A DNA stretch of 64,000 nt from an uncultured delta proteobacterium (GCA_963802945.1 CAWDKY010000017.1:160001-224000); one strand, 5' to 3'. Positions 1-11,883 are shown, counted from the stretch's first letter. Notes: generated by a model not told the origin, from the sequence alone. Numbers and translations: made by a program.

Positions 1-1
1 C

Positions 2-94
2 GTGGAAGTTGCGGTCAGGATAGCCGAATGTCTCGGCAGAAGGCCGGCAACCCCGGATGAAGCCCGTGAAATCATGGGAATCAGGAAGAGATAA
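2..94 (+). CDS. 3' end of a beta-keto acid cleavage enzyme (BKACE/DUF849) family gene, truncated by the window edge
   Basis: Frame 2 reads VEVAVRIAECLGRRPATPDEAREIMGIRKR*; ATPDEAREIxG is the typical C-terminus of this family. Confidence 0.6.
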   Translation: MEVAVRIAECLGRRPATPDEAREIMGIRKR

Positions 95-190
95 CGGTCA
101 TCGTCCTGATAGGCAACCCTTGAAAAAAACCTTTGGGACTTCACTATTCACAAACTTGTCAGTCAAAAAAAGTTAACTTTGGAGGAACCT

Positions 191-952
191 ATGCGCATCA
201 TTGATCTTTCAGCCCAAATCGCTCAGACACCGGAGGATACGCCTGAATATTCTGCCGTTGGAATAGCCTACCATACACACGCCGAAGGCGCGGCTGCCGT
301 TGAAAACCTTCTCAATGTTCCCCGGGCTCTTATGAGACAAGCGGAAGGATGGGCCACCGAAACCATCACCAGGCTGGAAACCCACGGCACCACCCATGTG
401 GATGCACCCTGGCATTACAACAGCATCATACAAGGTCAAAAAGCAGAGACTATTGATGAGCTTCCCCTGGAGTGGTTCTTCGGTGACGGGGTCAAACTTG
501 ATTTTCATATTAAAGAGGAAAGAGATTCCATTACGGTCGAAGATATGGAAAACGAGCTTCAGCGGATCGGTTATACTTTGAAACCGATGGACATTGTTTT
601 GATGTTCACTGGAAGGGATGTCTTTATTAATCAAGGGGATTATTTCTTCAAGGGCTGCGGGGTTACCGCTGCTGCTACGATCTGGCTCTATGAAAAAGGG
701 ATACGTGTTATGGGTATCGATGCCTGGGGCTGGGATAGGTCCCTTCACCTGCAGGCCCAGGAGGCGATTGCGGAGGATAAGCCGGATATTTTCTGGGCGG
801 CCCACCAGATCGATGCCCCCTATTCCCATATGGAACGGTTGGTCAATCTCGATTCCCTGCCCTCTTTGGGATTCAAGGTGGCCTGCTTTCCGCTCAAGAT
901 TAAGGGCGCCAGCGCATCCCCAGCACGAGTCGTGGCCATTCTATCGGAATAG
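191..952 (+). CDS. Cyclase family metal-dependent hydrolase (kynurenine formamidase-like)
   Basis: HGTTHVDAPWH motif, GIDAWGWD, C-terminal FPLKIKGASASPARVVA; GGAGG RBS before ATG 191. Confidence 0.9.
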   Translation: MRIIDLSAQIAQTPEDTPEYSAVGIAYHTHAEGAAAVENLLNVPRALMRQAEGWATETITRLETHGTTHVDAPWHYNSIIQGQKAETIDELPLEWFFGDGVKLDFHIKEERDSITVEDMENELQRIGYTLKPMDIVLMFTGRDVFINQGDYFFKGCGVTAAATIWLYEKGIRVMGIDAWGWDRSLHLQAQEAIAEDKPDIFWAAHQIDAPYSHMERLVNLDSLPSLGFKVACFPLKIKGASASPARVVAILSE

Positions 953-1158
953 GTAATCATGGTCAGGCGATCAAATTCCCTTTTGAATAAAAAGCGTATT
1001 AACTAAGTCCAAAGAGGAATTTCAGTTAGGTAAAACCATGGGAAGGATTGTGGATTGGTAAATATTGTTCAATGATAATTAGAAGAGAATTACGGAAGAT
1101 CGGGTGAGTCTAAAGTGATTTCCAATTAAGCAACCACTTATTAAAAAGGAGAAACGCT

Positions 1159-1704
1159 ATGGACCTGTATGAAGCAATCGCCAGGAGAAGGACCATCCGT
1201 GGGTTTACCAAAGCCGTGCCGGAGGAGACGCTGCGCAAGATAATCATGGCCGGTGCTATGGCGGCCTCGCCGATAAACCTGCAACCCTGGGAGTTTATCA
1301 TTGTCGATGACCCCAAGCTCATTGAACAAATTGCCGAGCACAAGTACCGCCAGAACCAGAAAATGTTTCCCGGGCCGACAGCGCTGGCCCAGAAAAACAC
1401 CTATAAAAATTGCAGTGTGGTCGCTGTCTGTTACAAGAAAGGTCATGGCAGCCATTGGTGTGCCTGGATGTGTATTCAGATCATGGCCCTGGCCGCCACC
1501 GCGGAAGGATTAGGCATTGTCCCTTCGGAGTTATGGGCAGAAGGCCAGGTCGCTGTGGAAAAATTGCTCGGGTTGACGAGGGACTACAAACTTGCAGCCG
1601 TGGTGCTCATAGGGAGGCAAAAAGGATATCCCAAGGTCCCCAAGGTGAAACGCCGACCGGAGTGGAGCTGGCTCCACCGAAACCAATTCGGAGTCAAACC
1701 CTAA
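1159..1704 (+). CDS. Nitroreductase family protein
   Basis: MDLYEAIARRRTIRGF, AASPINLQPWEFIIV, MALAATAEGLG. Confidence 0.9.
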   Translation: MDLYEAIARRRTIRGFTKAVPEETLRKIIMAGAMAASPINLQPWEFIIVDDPKLIEQIAEHKYRQNQKMFPGPTALAQKNTYKNCSVVAVCYKKGHGSHWCAWMCIQIMALAATAEGLGIVPSELWAEGQVAVEKLLGLTRDYKLAAVVLIGRQKGYPKVPKVKRRPEWSWLHRNQFGVKP

Positions 1705-1859
1705 AGCAGAAAGATTCTTTTTGGAAGGGTGAAGAATCTATAAATCCTATTTTTCTTATCTAAAAAAGAGTAAAAGTTTAAAGGTCATTAACTCCTTAAA
1801 ACTCTTTCTGATGGCCGGCCTTTCATGACCTTTTAAAATTATCTTTCCAAAAGATTAAT

Positions 1860-2435
1860 TTATTTTGCTGGTAAGAAGTCCTTACCCAGATAAAAAGCTT
1901 TTCCCAGAAACTGTCCTATCCCATAGTAACTCCGACTGTCCGGGGCCCATAGAACCGGCTTTATCTTGGTGATGTCCGGCCCTTTCTCGCCCAGCACCTC
2001 TTCATCTACCTTGATATCCAGGATTTCACCGATGAATTGGGTGTGCAAACCGATTTTGTAATGATGGATCACTTTGCACTCCAAGACAAAAGGGAATTCC
2101 TTGACATAAGGGGCATTCACCAAATCGCTCTTGGCAGGCGTTAGGCCTGAGACAGTGAACTTATCCTCATTTCTTCCCGAGGCCATACCGAAGTAATCCG
2201 CCTGTCTGAGGTGCGACTCGCTGGGTAGGCTGATGGTAAAGGCCTTTTGCTCTATAAGATTACCGTAAGTATAGGTGGCCTCTCGTAGGGCGATGGCCAC
2301 GCAGGGGGGAACAGAGCAGCAAATCCCTCCCCAGGCCGCGGTCATGACATTGGGTTTGCCTTCCCGGTCGTAAGTGCCCACTACAAAGACGGGAGTGGGA
2401 TAGACTATGGTTTTTGCACCTAAGGACTTTTTCAT
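1860..2435 (-). CDS. Flavin reductase-like FMN-binding protein (flavoredoxin type)
   Basis: [43 protein letters not shown]. Confidence 0.9.
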   Translation of the reverse strand: MKKSLGAKTIVYPTPVFVVGTYDREGKPNVMTAAWGGICCSVPPCVAIALREATYTYGNLIEQKAFTISLPSESHLRQADYFGMASGRNEDKFTVSGLTPAKSDLVNAPYVKEFPFVLECKVIHHYKIGLHTQFIGEILDIKVDEEVLGEKGPDITKIKPVLWAPDSRSYYGIGQFLGKAFYLGKDFLPAK

Positions 2436-2502
2436 GGGATTCCTCCATTGGAAATAAATGCTGTTTTGTTGAAAGAAAGGGGAAATTGATTAGGACTGTC
2501 AC

Positions 2503-2592
2503 CAAGGTTTCAAAAGGTCAAAGAAAGGTTTAAGGTTCACGGCCTAAGGTCCAAGGTCAAACCTTAAACCGTATACCTTGAACCTTATACCT
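2503..2592. repeat. Intergenic heptamer array (AAGGTnn followed by inverted ACCTTnn)
   Basis: aaggtttaaggttcacggcctaaggtccaaggtc then accttaaaccgtataccttgaaccttatacct. Confidence 0.7.
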
Positions 2593-2601
2593 TTTTTCGG
2601 A

Positions 2602-3351
2602 TTATAGCCCCAGATAAGTCTTGCGAATGATTTCGTCTTCCATTAGCTGTTCGCCTGTCCCCTGGGCGATGATCTTCCCGGCGGAAAGGACGTAATTGTT
2701 TTTGGTCATCTTAAAGACCGAACTGACTTCTTGTTCGACCAACAGGATGGTTATTCCCAGCCGGTTGATTTGAAGTATTTTCTCGAAGACTTCCGCCCGC
2801 AGTATGGGGGCCAGACCCGTTGAAGGTTCGTCGATACAAAGGAGTTTCGGTTCGGACATCAAGGCCCGTCCGATAGCCAGCATTTGCTGTTCTCCGCCGG
2901 AAAGGGTCCCGGAGATTTGTTTAGCCCGCTCATTAAGCACCGGGAATAGATCATAAACCTTGTCCAGATTTGCCTGGTTTTTTTGCTTGTCCTTGTATAG
3001 ATAAGCCCCGGCCATTAAGTTTTCCAGAACGGTCAGTTCCCGAAAAGGTCTTCTTCGTTCCGGACAAAGGATAAGGCCCCGTTTGACGATTTCATGGGCC
3101 GGGACATTATCGATCCGCTGGCCGTCGAAGTTCACTGTGCCTTCTATATGGATCTCTGCAGCCGTAGAGCGGCGCTTGATCTCTCTTTCCCAGGCTACCA
3201 GGCCGGTGATGGCCCGAAGGGTGGTGGATTTCCCGGCCCCGTTTGGGCCGACCAGGCTGACTAGCTCCCCGGTATCGACGCTCAAACTCAAGTCATTGAT
3301 GAGCACGGCCTTTTCATAGCGAACGTTTAAATGGATGATTTCTAAGAGCAC
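2602..3351 (-). CDS. livF: LIV-type ABC transporter ATP-binding subunit (LivF-like)
   Basis: GPNGAGKST, LSGGEQQMLAIGRALM, DEPS, LLVEQ, ends YLGL. Confidence 0.9.
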   Translation of the reverse strand: MLLEIIHLNVRYEKAVLINDLSLSVDTGELVSLVGPNGAGKSTTLRAITGLVAWEREIKRRSTAAEIHIEGTVNFDGQRIDNVPAHEIVKRGLILCPERRRPFRELTVLENLMAGAYLYKDKQKNQANLDKVYDLFPVLNERAKQISGTLSGGEQQMLAIGRALMSEPKLLCIDEPSTGLAPILRAEVFEKILQINRLGITILLVEQEVSSVFKMTKNNYVLSAGKIIAQGTGEQLMEDEIIRKTYLGL

Positions 3352-3353
3352 GG

Positions 3354-4124
3354 TTACTGGCCTCCTCCTCCACCCAGATAGGCCTCAATGACCTGTGGGT
3401 TGTTGACGACTTCCTCGGGTTTGCCTTCAGCCAGCAGGTTCCCGAAGTTGAGGACTATGATGCGATCGACGATTTTCATTAGTTGCTGTAATTTGTGTTC
3501 CACAATAATCATGGCCGGACCTTCGCTGTGCAGACGTCCGAAGCGGCCGCCTTTATGAAGTCTTCGGATCGATTTGGCCATCAGGTCGGTTTCGGCCGGG
3601 CTCAAGCCCCCGAAAGGCTCGTCCAGGAGGAGAAGCTCCGGGTCCGTTGCCACGGCTCGGGCCACTTCCAGCCGCTTCAGATCGCCTTGAGACAGGGTCG
3701 AGGCCTTTTCCAAAGCCATATCCGAGATACCGGCGAATTCCAGGGCATCCATGGCCTTGGCCTCCACTCTCTTTACCCACTCCCCGTGTTTCATGGAACG
3801 GGGCGACAGGCAGGAGACCATGACATTGGCAATGATCGGCAGTCGACGGAAAGGTCTCATGTTCTGAAAGGTGCAGGATACCCCCAGGTTGACGATATCC
3901 CAGGTCTTCATCCCCACCAGTTCCTTGCCCTTGAATCGGACGCTCCCGGAATCCGGTTTCAGTATCCCGGTGAACATACGCAGCAAGGTGGTTTTTCCTG
4001 CGCCATTAGGCCCGATCAGGCCGATGACTTCCTTTTCCTCCATGCGAAACCGGATATCATTGACCGCTTTCAATCCCCCGAAACTTTTTGTCAGTCCTTC
4101 AACTTCCATTAATGGTACGGCCAT
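3354..4124 (-). CDS. livG: LIV-type ABC transporter ATP-binding subunit (LivG-like)
   Basis: LTKSFGGLKAV, GPNGAGKTT, LLLLDEP, IVEH, NPQVIEAYLG. Confidence 0.9.
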   Translation of the reverse strand: MAVPLMEVEGLTKSFGGLKAVNDIRFRMEEKEVIGLIGPNGAGKTTLLRMFTGILKPDSGSVRFKGKELVGMKTWDIVNLGVSCTFQNMRPFRRLPIIANVMVSCLSPRSMKHGEWVKRVEAKAMDALEFAGISDMALEKASTLSQGDLKRLEVARAVATDPELLLLDEPFGGLSPAETDLMAKSIRRLHKGGRFGRLHSEGPAMIIVEHKLQQLMKIVDRIIVLNFGNLLAEGKPEEVVNNPQVIEAYLGGGGGQ

Positions 4125-4125
4125 A

Positions 4126-5832
4126 TCAGACTTCCTCACCCTCTTCTCTTAGTTCTCGCCGGGAGACCTTGCCCACATCGGTCTTGGGCAGCTCACCCCG
4201 GAACTCGACGATCTTGGGTACTTTATAATGGGCCAGTTTCTGGCTGCAAAATTCCATGATTTCCTCTTCCGAGATCTTACCCCTGGCCTCACTTTCCAAA
4301 ACGACATAGGCCTTGATCATGTTGCCCACCTTGGGGTCCGGAACCCCGACCACTCCGGCGGCCTTGATCTGGGGATGTTGAAAAAGGACTTCCTCCACGT
4401 GCCTGGCGAAGACGGAATAGCCCTTATATTTGATCAGGTCCCGCTTGCGGTCAAAGAAGTGGAAATACCCTTCTTCGTCCATGCTGACCAGATCTCCGGT
4501 GCGCAGCCAGGTCTCACCATCCAATTCCATCATGGATTCTTTGGTGCTGTCCGGTCTTTTCCAATACCCTTTCATAATATTCGGGCCGTTTAATATCATT
4601 TCCCCCACTTCCCCCACAGGAAGAAAATCCGTTCCTTCGGTTTCGATGATGGCCGCTTTCATATGGGGCATGGGCACGCCGAAAGAGCCTCTCTTGGGCC
4701 GGTTGTAAGGGTGTACCGTGACTTACGGAGGTAGTTTCGGTCATCCCATAACCTTCTAAGATTATGGAATCGGTCCTCTTCTCCCAGGCCTCAACCGTCG
4801 AATCATGCAAGGTATCGGCCCCGCAGACGATCATCTTCAGCTTTTTCCAGTTGACCCGGTCGGTCTTTTCGTATTCCTTGAGATATTCAAACAGGGTGGG
4901 CACACCGAAGAAGCCGGTGGCCTGATAGCGCTCCATGCCCTCTAAAATGTCCTCAATATCCGGGGTGGTGAACAGGACCATGGTCGAACCCTGGACCAGA
5001 CCGGAGAGCATGACCACGACCTGTCCGTAAATATGAAAAAAGGGCAGGAAGGCCATGATCACCTCTTTCCCGTCTTCCAGGATAGGCCAGAAGGCCCGGG
5101 TTTGTTTCTGGACAGCTACCATATTGCGATGGGTTATCATGGCTGCCTTGGGCAGGCCGGTAGTGCCCCCGGTGTAGGGCAGGGCCGCCAGGTCCTCTCC
5201 GGGGATCAATGGTGACCTTGGGGCGGATTGGGCGGATATTTTTTAAGCAGTTCCTGAAAGGAGTAAATCCCTGCCCCTTTAAGGGATTCCACCGAAGGGG
5301 CCTCTTTCCCACTGTCGGTCTTGGTTTTCTTTCCGAACCATTTTTTCATGGCCGGAAGGTACTCTTCGATACTGGTCAAAATCACCTTTTCCGGCTGCAC
5401 GCCGGACTTGGCCAGGTTGTCAAAGAGGATATTCTGACAGATGGCCATCTTGGCCTCGCTGTCCTGAATCTGATGCTTGACCTCGATACTGGTATAGACC
5501 GGGCTGATCGGGGTGACCTTGGCCCCCAACCTGAGCATGGCAAAATAGGCAATGACATATTGAGGGCAGTTTAGAAGATATAAGGCAACCGTATCTCCCT
5601 TTTTGATTCCCAAATCGGCCAGGGCGGTGGCCAGACGGTCCACCGAGTCCTTGATCTCCCGGTAGGTGATCTTCTTGCCGTAAAAGATCAGAGACGGCCG
5701 GTTTCCATATTTTTCAACCGACTGATCAAAGAGGTCCATGACGGATCCCTCCGGAATTTCGACTTCGGCCGGAACACCTTCCGGATAATATTTCAGCCAG
5801 GGTTTGGATAAATAAATTTCTTTTGGGGTCAT
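4126..5832 (-). CDS. Long-chain fatty acid--CoA ligase, split by two frameshifts (about 5210 and 4700)
   Basis: Three ORF pieces carry KPWLKYYP, YTGGTTGLPK, EGYGMTE, TGDL, DRKRDLIK and LPKTDVGK in the correct order. Confidence 0.85.
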
Positions 5833-5944
5833 GTTAACTTCCTTCTTTCAGTTCAATTTATAAATTGGGGTAAGGGTTCCCTGATTTTGATTCCGAGCAT
5901 TTTTCTTGAATCCTAGAATCCTTGACCCTTTGAATCCTTTATTT

Positions 5945-6991
5945 TTAATCCAGATCCGCCGTACAGATCCGGCAGGTCTTCCGGGGTGCTACGTTTCTGA
6001 CTTTGCACCGTGGACATTCTTTTTCAATCTTGTCCCTTACCCAGGGGATCAAACCTTCGGGCATGTACAAGAGGATCAGCAGGACGAAGACGGCAAATAT
6101 CATCATGCGGTACTCGGGCCAGATCCGGACGAATTCCAACAACGGGATAAGGATAAAAACCCCGGCTACGGGGCCGTAGATGGTGGCTATTCCCCCGAAG
6201 ATCGCCCAGATCACAACCTGGAAGGACATGGAGACCGCCAGGGTGGAAGGTCCGGCAATCCGCATATAATGGGCATAGAGTCCGCCGGAAATGCCGGCAA
6301 AAAAGCCGCTGAGGCTAAAGGCCAACAGTTTATATCGGGTGGTGTTGATCCCCGAGGCCTTAACGGCCAGCTCATCCTCCCGGATGGCATGAAAAATAAT
6401 ACCCGTATTGGAGTCGGTTATCTTCCACATGATGAAACACAGTACCAGCATGACTATGACATGAAGATAATAATTGCCCATCAGGGAACTGGTGAATCGC
6501 TGCTACCCCGGACATCCCCAATTCACCGCCCGGTTAAATCCGGCAGGGCAATGATGATCCCCATTAAGATGATCGGAAAGGCAAAGGTGGTCAGGGCCAG
6601 GTAAGTGTGTTTCAATCGCAGGCAGGGGATCCCGATAATAAGGCCGGCCAAAACAGCCACCACGGCCCCCAAAGGCACACTTCCCCAGGGGGGAATATGA
6701 AGATGGGTATTCAAAATGGCCGAGCCGTAGGCCCCCACTCCGAAGAAAAGGGCATGGCCGAAATTCAGTCTGGCCGGTGAATCCCGGACAGGAGGTCCCA
6801 ACTGGCGGCCAGGATGGCAAAGATGACTGGTTAGAATGACAATGCGGACCACATAGGGGTCCTGGGTGACCAGGGGCAGTCCCAGTATAACAATAAGAAA
6901 AAGGCCCACGATGATTCGACTGGGAAGCACCAGCACCTCATTTCGCAGGAGTGTAAACCAGTTTTCTAATATAAAATAAGACAAAACCCAT
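5945..6991 (-). CDS. livM: LIV-type ABC permease (LivM-like) with C-terminal CxxC-x10-CxxC motif; frameshifted, start uncertain
   Basis: NFGHALFFGVGAY, YLALTTFAF, AIREDELAVKASGINT, GGIATIYGP; tail ECPRCKVRNVAPRKTCRIC. Confidence 0.8.
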
Positions 6992-6997
6992 GCCTTT

Positions 6998-7863
6998 TTA
7001 CCTCTCTTCCTCAAAAGCGATACCAAACAGGCCCTCCGGCCGTATCAACAGGACCAGGATCATGATCGATCAAGGCCACAGGCATCTTCAAAAAGGCCCC
7101 TGTGGGGAGAAGGAAAACCACCAGTGCCTCAGCAAACCCCAAAATATAAGCGCCTATAAAACTTCCCTTGATGCTGCCCAGCCCACCCAGGACCACGACG
7201 GCCATCATCATGATCATGGGTTCCATCCCACATGTTGGGAGTTAGGACCATAAGAGGTCCGATCACCGCTCCGGTAATCCCGGCCAGGCAGACCGAAAGA
7301 CCCATCGTGATCATGGCCAGCCGGCTCTCGTTCATCCCCATCAGATTGGACACCTCCCGGTCCTCGGCCGTGGAACGGATGGCCAGGCCCAAGCGGGTCT
7401 TCATCAACAGGAACCAGACGACCAGCAAAATCAACAGGACCACTCCAAAGGTCAGCAACTGTTGATAAAAAATCTTGTTGTCTCCCACAGTAAAGTACCC
7501 TTGAATCAGGAAATCCACACTCCGGTATTCAAAGGTGAAGAGCTGCAGGATGACTTCTTGAAAGAACATGGCCAGGGCTATGGTGGCAATCAGGACCGCC
7601 GCCTCATGCTCGCGTATCGGATCGATGGCAAACTTATAGGTCAGCAAACCGATCAGAGTAACGGTTGCAACAGCGATCAGCATGGACAAGATGACATTAA
7701 ATCCAAGCCTGAAGGACAAGTAATAGATACAGTATGCCGCGACCATATAAAAGGCGGTGTGGGCGAGGTTGATGATTTTGGCCACCCCAAAGATCAGGGA
7801 GAAACCGATGGAAAGTAAGGCCAGCATACTGCCTGTGATTAGACCGGTAATTATTATATTCAT
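6998..7863 (-). CDS. livH: LIV-type ABC permease (LivH-like), frameshifted near the 3' end
   Basis: GFSLIFGVAKIINLAH, TRLGLAIRSTAED, VVLGGLGSIKG, RPEGLFG in a shifted frame. Confidence 0.85.
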
Positions 7864-7916
7864 AAGGCCTCAAGAAAAATAGAATTCAATGGTTCACGTG
7901 GATATAAATCTTTTTT

Positions 7917-7975
7917 TGAGTTCGGAGTTCGGAGTAATTCAGTCTTTACTCCGAACTCCATGCTCCGAACTCGAA
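7917..7975. repeat. Inverted heptamer array (GAGTTCG / CTCCGAA)
   Basis: gagttcggagttcggagt ... actccgaactccatgctccgaactc. Confidence 0.7.
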
Positions 7976-8009
7976 AACTTAATTCACAACCTATTTAATC
8001 AGTTAGTAA

Positions 8010-9309
8010 CTATTTCTTCATCCAGGGGGGCAGTTTAAGAGCGACCATCCCTTTATAAGTGACCTCCGGGGCATCCGCTGTGGCCTTCCACTTATTGGGC
8101 CAGACCCCGACCAGTTTACCGTCCTGCCACTGGCAGCCGACGCCTGTCTCAAAGCCCGGGCCCCAGGTCAAATCATGGGTCGACACCCCTTGAGCATTCT
8201 TTTCATATTTGATGATCCCACTGGGGACCTTATACACCGCGGTTCTCCAGGTGGGCGACTATCTTATCGGCATCCAGACTCCCTACGGCCTCGATGGCTG
8301 GGACCAGGGCATAGAGGATGGCGGAATAGGTATCGGCCGTATAGGTTGGGGTCGTCTTAAACTCCTTAATAAAGCGGTCCAAAAATGGTTTGGTTAATTC
8401 ATTTTGTTCAATCCCTCGGACATAGGTATTCATGGTATAGACATAATTACCCATACCCTTGGTGGCTTCCCAGAAGCCGTCCTTTTGGGACTCGACATTG
8501 ATGCCCACCTGGAGGGCCGGGATCTTGAGTTCCCCGGCCTGCCGGGAAAAGGTAATCCCCACCGATCCGGAGAAAATGGGAAAGATCAAGTTGGCCCCGC
8601 TCTTCTGGATGGCTGAAAGCTCGGCGGTGACATCCGTAGCCAGGGCGGATGGCTGCCAGAGCCCGACTACCTCTATGCCCATCTTAGGCAGCACGGTTTG
8701 GGCAACCTTGACCATACCTTCGGTCCAGGCCAGTTTCTCGGCCACGATAGCGCATTTGACCGGGACCTTTAATTCGCTTCTAATGAGTCCTGCGGCTTGG
8801 CCCACCATGGCAAAACAGGTTTTCACCAGATAAGAGGATTTGAAGGGGGTGCCCCGGAACCAGTATTTATAGCGGTTGTAATTTTGGCCTACCTTATCGC
8901 AGAGCACATCGGTGGCGGCCCCGCAGCCGATAAAGATTTTTTTATAGTCCATGGCTATGTCCTGCATGGGCAAAACGGCCTCGGTCCTGAACCCGCCGAC
9001 AACAAAATCCACTTTGTCCTTGGTCATTAATCGTTCCATGGCATTGGTGGCATCGGTGACGTTTTTATCTTCATTGGAGTCGGCCTTGACCAGCTCGATT
9101 TTCATTTTTTCCTTGCCGACCTGAACGCCCCCCTTGGCATTGACAATTTCCGCAGCCATAGTGGCCCCAGCCCAATGGTCCCTACCTTCCAGACCCTGCA
9201 TATTGCCGATGACGCCGATTTTAATCGTCCGCCCCCAGGCCGGGAAACACATGACCATGACCAGGCAGGCAATAAGCAACATGCTCCATCCAAAGCTGAA
9301 CTTCTTCAT
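8010..9309 (-). CDS. LIV-type ABC substrate-binding protein, frameshifted near 8235
   Basis: Signal peptide, IKIGVIG, NAKGGV, VDFVVGGFRTE; the C-terminal piece (QWQDGKLVGVWP) lies in another frame. Confidence 0.85.
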
Positions 9310-9909
9310 CGTGTTTTCTCCTTTCAAGTTTGTGGGTTATTTTTATTATAGAAATACGCAGGAATACTACCGGGTGAGATGAATTTATTTAGATAAAGGG
9401 AGCCTTTTGATTTATGCATCCCTTCCTCCGATTGATAAGGTTGAATCTAACATAAATTCGACCTTTATTACACCTCCAAAAATGAGGAACGTGCTGTTTT
9501 CAGCAAGACTTAGCAGTTTTTCAAGGTAAGCCGCTTTTTTTTATTGCCATGGTCAAAAAGCCTTTTCTACCAAATCAATTTATGAAAAGTCAACACTTTT
9601 TTAAAAAAATTTCGGAAAAAGGCAAACCCCTCTCCGGGCAAAAACGGAAACGCTTCAGGGGGGGGTAAAAAGTATAGTGTATTTCTCTTGGCTAATAAAG
9701 GCTAATACAGGGCGTTGGCCGCAACAAAATTAGGAATCTGAAATCCGAATTTCGAAACAAATTTAAAATTCAAAATGCTCCAATTTTCGAATCAGAAAAA
9801 AAGGTGAGCAGGGTTTTGGGCAATTACATTTGGACCTTGAATTTTATATTTCGAATTTCCAACCTTTCGGCAAAATTAAGCTACAGGCTAAACTAAGGCT
9901 CTACACCCC

Positions 9910-10668
9910 TTATATAGTACTCCCTCCATCAACGGCCAGGACCTGACCGGTGACATAACTGGAGGCATCCGAAGCCAGATAAATAACAGCCCCCAACATT
10001 TCTTCTGGATCGGCTATCCGGCCCATCGGAGTTCTGCCGGTCACCGCTTTCAGGATGTCCGGATTACTCCAAAGGGGTTGGCTGAAGCCGGTTTTGGTCA
10101 TACCTGGGGCCACGACATTGGCCCGGATATTGTACTGGGCCCATTGTTGGGCCATCACCTTGGTGGCCATGATCACTCCGGCCTTACTAATGGAGTATAT
10201 TGGCAAAATATCCGGGCTGATCCCAGCGATAGAGGCAATATTGATGATTTTGCCGCCTCCCTTTTCCTTCATGATCTTGGCCACTGCCTGACTCAGGAAA
10301 AATAAACCCTTGAGATTCAGGTTCATAATCGAATCCCAAGCCCGGTCGTCAATGTCCATGGCCTGGGCCATGGTGGGATTTGTGGCTGCGTTGTTCACCA
10401 AGATGTCGATTTTCCCGAACTCGTCCACGACCCGCTTAACCAGATTGTTGATTTCCTCTATCCGGCCCACATGGGTAGGTATAGCCAGACATTTCCGTCC
10501 AATTTTTCTGATCTCTTCGGCCACCTTTTCCAAGTCGGGGAGTTTCCGGCTGGCAATGGCTACATCCGCCCCGGCCTGGGCCAGCCCTAGGGCTAAAACC
10601 CGGCCGATTCCCCGACTGGCTCCGGTAATGAGGGCCATTTTACCTTGTAATGAAAAATCCATTTCCAA
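9910..10668 (-). CDS. Short-chain dehydrogenase/reductase (SDR)
   Basis: TGASRGIG, DILVNNA, YSISK. Confidence 0.92.
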   Translation of the reverse strand: MEMDFSLQGKMALITGASRGIGRVLALGLAQAGADVAIASRKLPDLEKVAEEIRKIGRKCLAIPTHVGRIEEINNLVKRVVDEFGKIDILVNNAATNPTMAQAMDIDDRAWDSIMNLNLKGLFFLSQAVAKIMKEKGGGKIINIASIAGISPDILPIYSISKAGVIMATKVMAQQWAQYNIRANVVAPGMTKTGFSQPLWSNPDILKAVTGRTPMGRIADPEEMLGAVIYLASDASSYVTGQVLAVDGGSTI

Positions 10669-10845
10669 TTACCTCCTGTGAAATAATTTCCTTATAGATG
10701 GAACGAGTATAAAATAAGAAGGAACCAGGGGTCAAGGAGAATAACAGTAATGATTTATTATAGTGTTTCAAACTTTCTGCTTGATAAATTTCTTTCAGGA
10801 ATTAATATGGCCGAATGAGTACAATAAATTTATGGAGGTTTAACC

Positions 10846-11655
10846 ATGTTTGATCTGTCGAAGTTTTCATTAAAGGGCAAAACCGCGATTGTGACCGGCG
10901 GCAGTCGCGGTATCGGCAAAGCAATTGCCTTGGGGTTTGCCAAGGCCGGGGCCAGGGCGGTAATCACCAGCCGCAAGATTAACGATTTGGAAGCAACCGC
11001 TGCAGAAATTAAGACCTTTGGCGGAGAGGCCTTCCCTATCCAGGCCCATCTGGGCAAGATGGAAGAAATTAATAAAATGGTCGACACCGTCATTAGTAAG
11101 TTCGGGAAAATCGATATCCTGGTCAATAATGCCGGGGCCAGCCCGGCCATGGGCAACGTGTTGGAAACCGACGAACGCCTCTGGGACACCATTATGAACC
11201 TGAACATGAAGGGGCTTTATTTTACCAGCCAGGCTGTGGCCAAAGTGATGAAAAAGCAAGGAGGTGGGAAAATTATCAACTTCGCTTCCATCGACGGCTT
11301 CAGCCCGGAACGCAATGTAAGCGTTTATAGTATTTCCAAGGCCGGTGTCCGCATGATAACCAAGGCCTTCGCTTTGGAATTGGCCCCTTTTAATATTCAG
11401 GTGAATGCCATCGCACCTGGACCGATAAGCACCAAGATGTTGAATTCCCATTGGTTCCACCTTCCACCAGAAGAGGCTAAAAAGGGACAGGAAGCCATGG
11501 CCAAAATGACCCCTATGGGACGGATCGGCCAACCTGACGATATAGTCGGTGCGGCGATTTATCTGGCTTCCGACGCTTCCAGCTACACCACCGGGGCTGA
11601 AATTGTGATCGACGGCGGGGTTCTACAAGGCAAAGGCCTGGAGCCTACCGGTTGA
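10846..11655 (+). CDS. Short-chain dehydrogenase/reductase (SDR)
   Basis: TGGSRGIG, DILVNNAG, YSISK. Confidence 0.92.
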   Translation: MFDLSKFSLKGKTAIVTGGSRGIGKAIALGFAKAGARAVITSRKINDLEATAAEIKTFGGEAFPIQAHLGKMEEINKMVDTVISKFGKIDILVNNAGASPAMGNVLETDERLWDTIMNLNMKGLYFTSQAVAKVMKKQGGGKIINFASIDGFSPERNVSVYSISKAGVRMITKAFALELAPFNIQVNAIAPGPISTKMLNSHWFHLPPEEAKKGQEAMAKMTPMGRIGQPDDIVGAAIYLASDASSYTTGAEIVIDGGVLQGKGLEPTG

Positions 11656-11673
11656 TTAAATTTATAACTTAAA

Positions 11674-11777
11674 TGACGAACTCGGAAAAAGTCACTATGT
11701 CGGTCACCATGGTCCCGTACTTGATGCGGGACCGGGTGACTTAATCCGGATTTCGGCGACTTTTTTTGCATCCATCA
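11674..11777. mobile_element. MITE-like element with imperfect terminal inverted repeats and a nested palindrome
   Basis: Ends tgacgaactcggaaaaagtc / gactttttttgcatccatca; internal gtcaccatggtcccgtacttgatgcgggaccgggtgac; related ends at 52364-52430 and about 54333-54427. Confidence 0.55.
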
Positions 11778-11883
11778 ACAATGAAAGAGCAACGCTGTGA
11801 AGGATTTGGACAAAAGCTTGATATGTCTCAGACCAAACTGAGGATTAATGAAGTGTTGACCCCGCCGAAGGCGAAATTAATGC

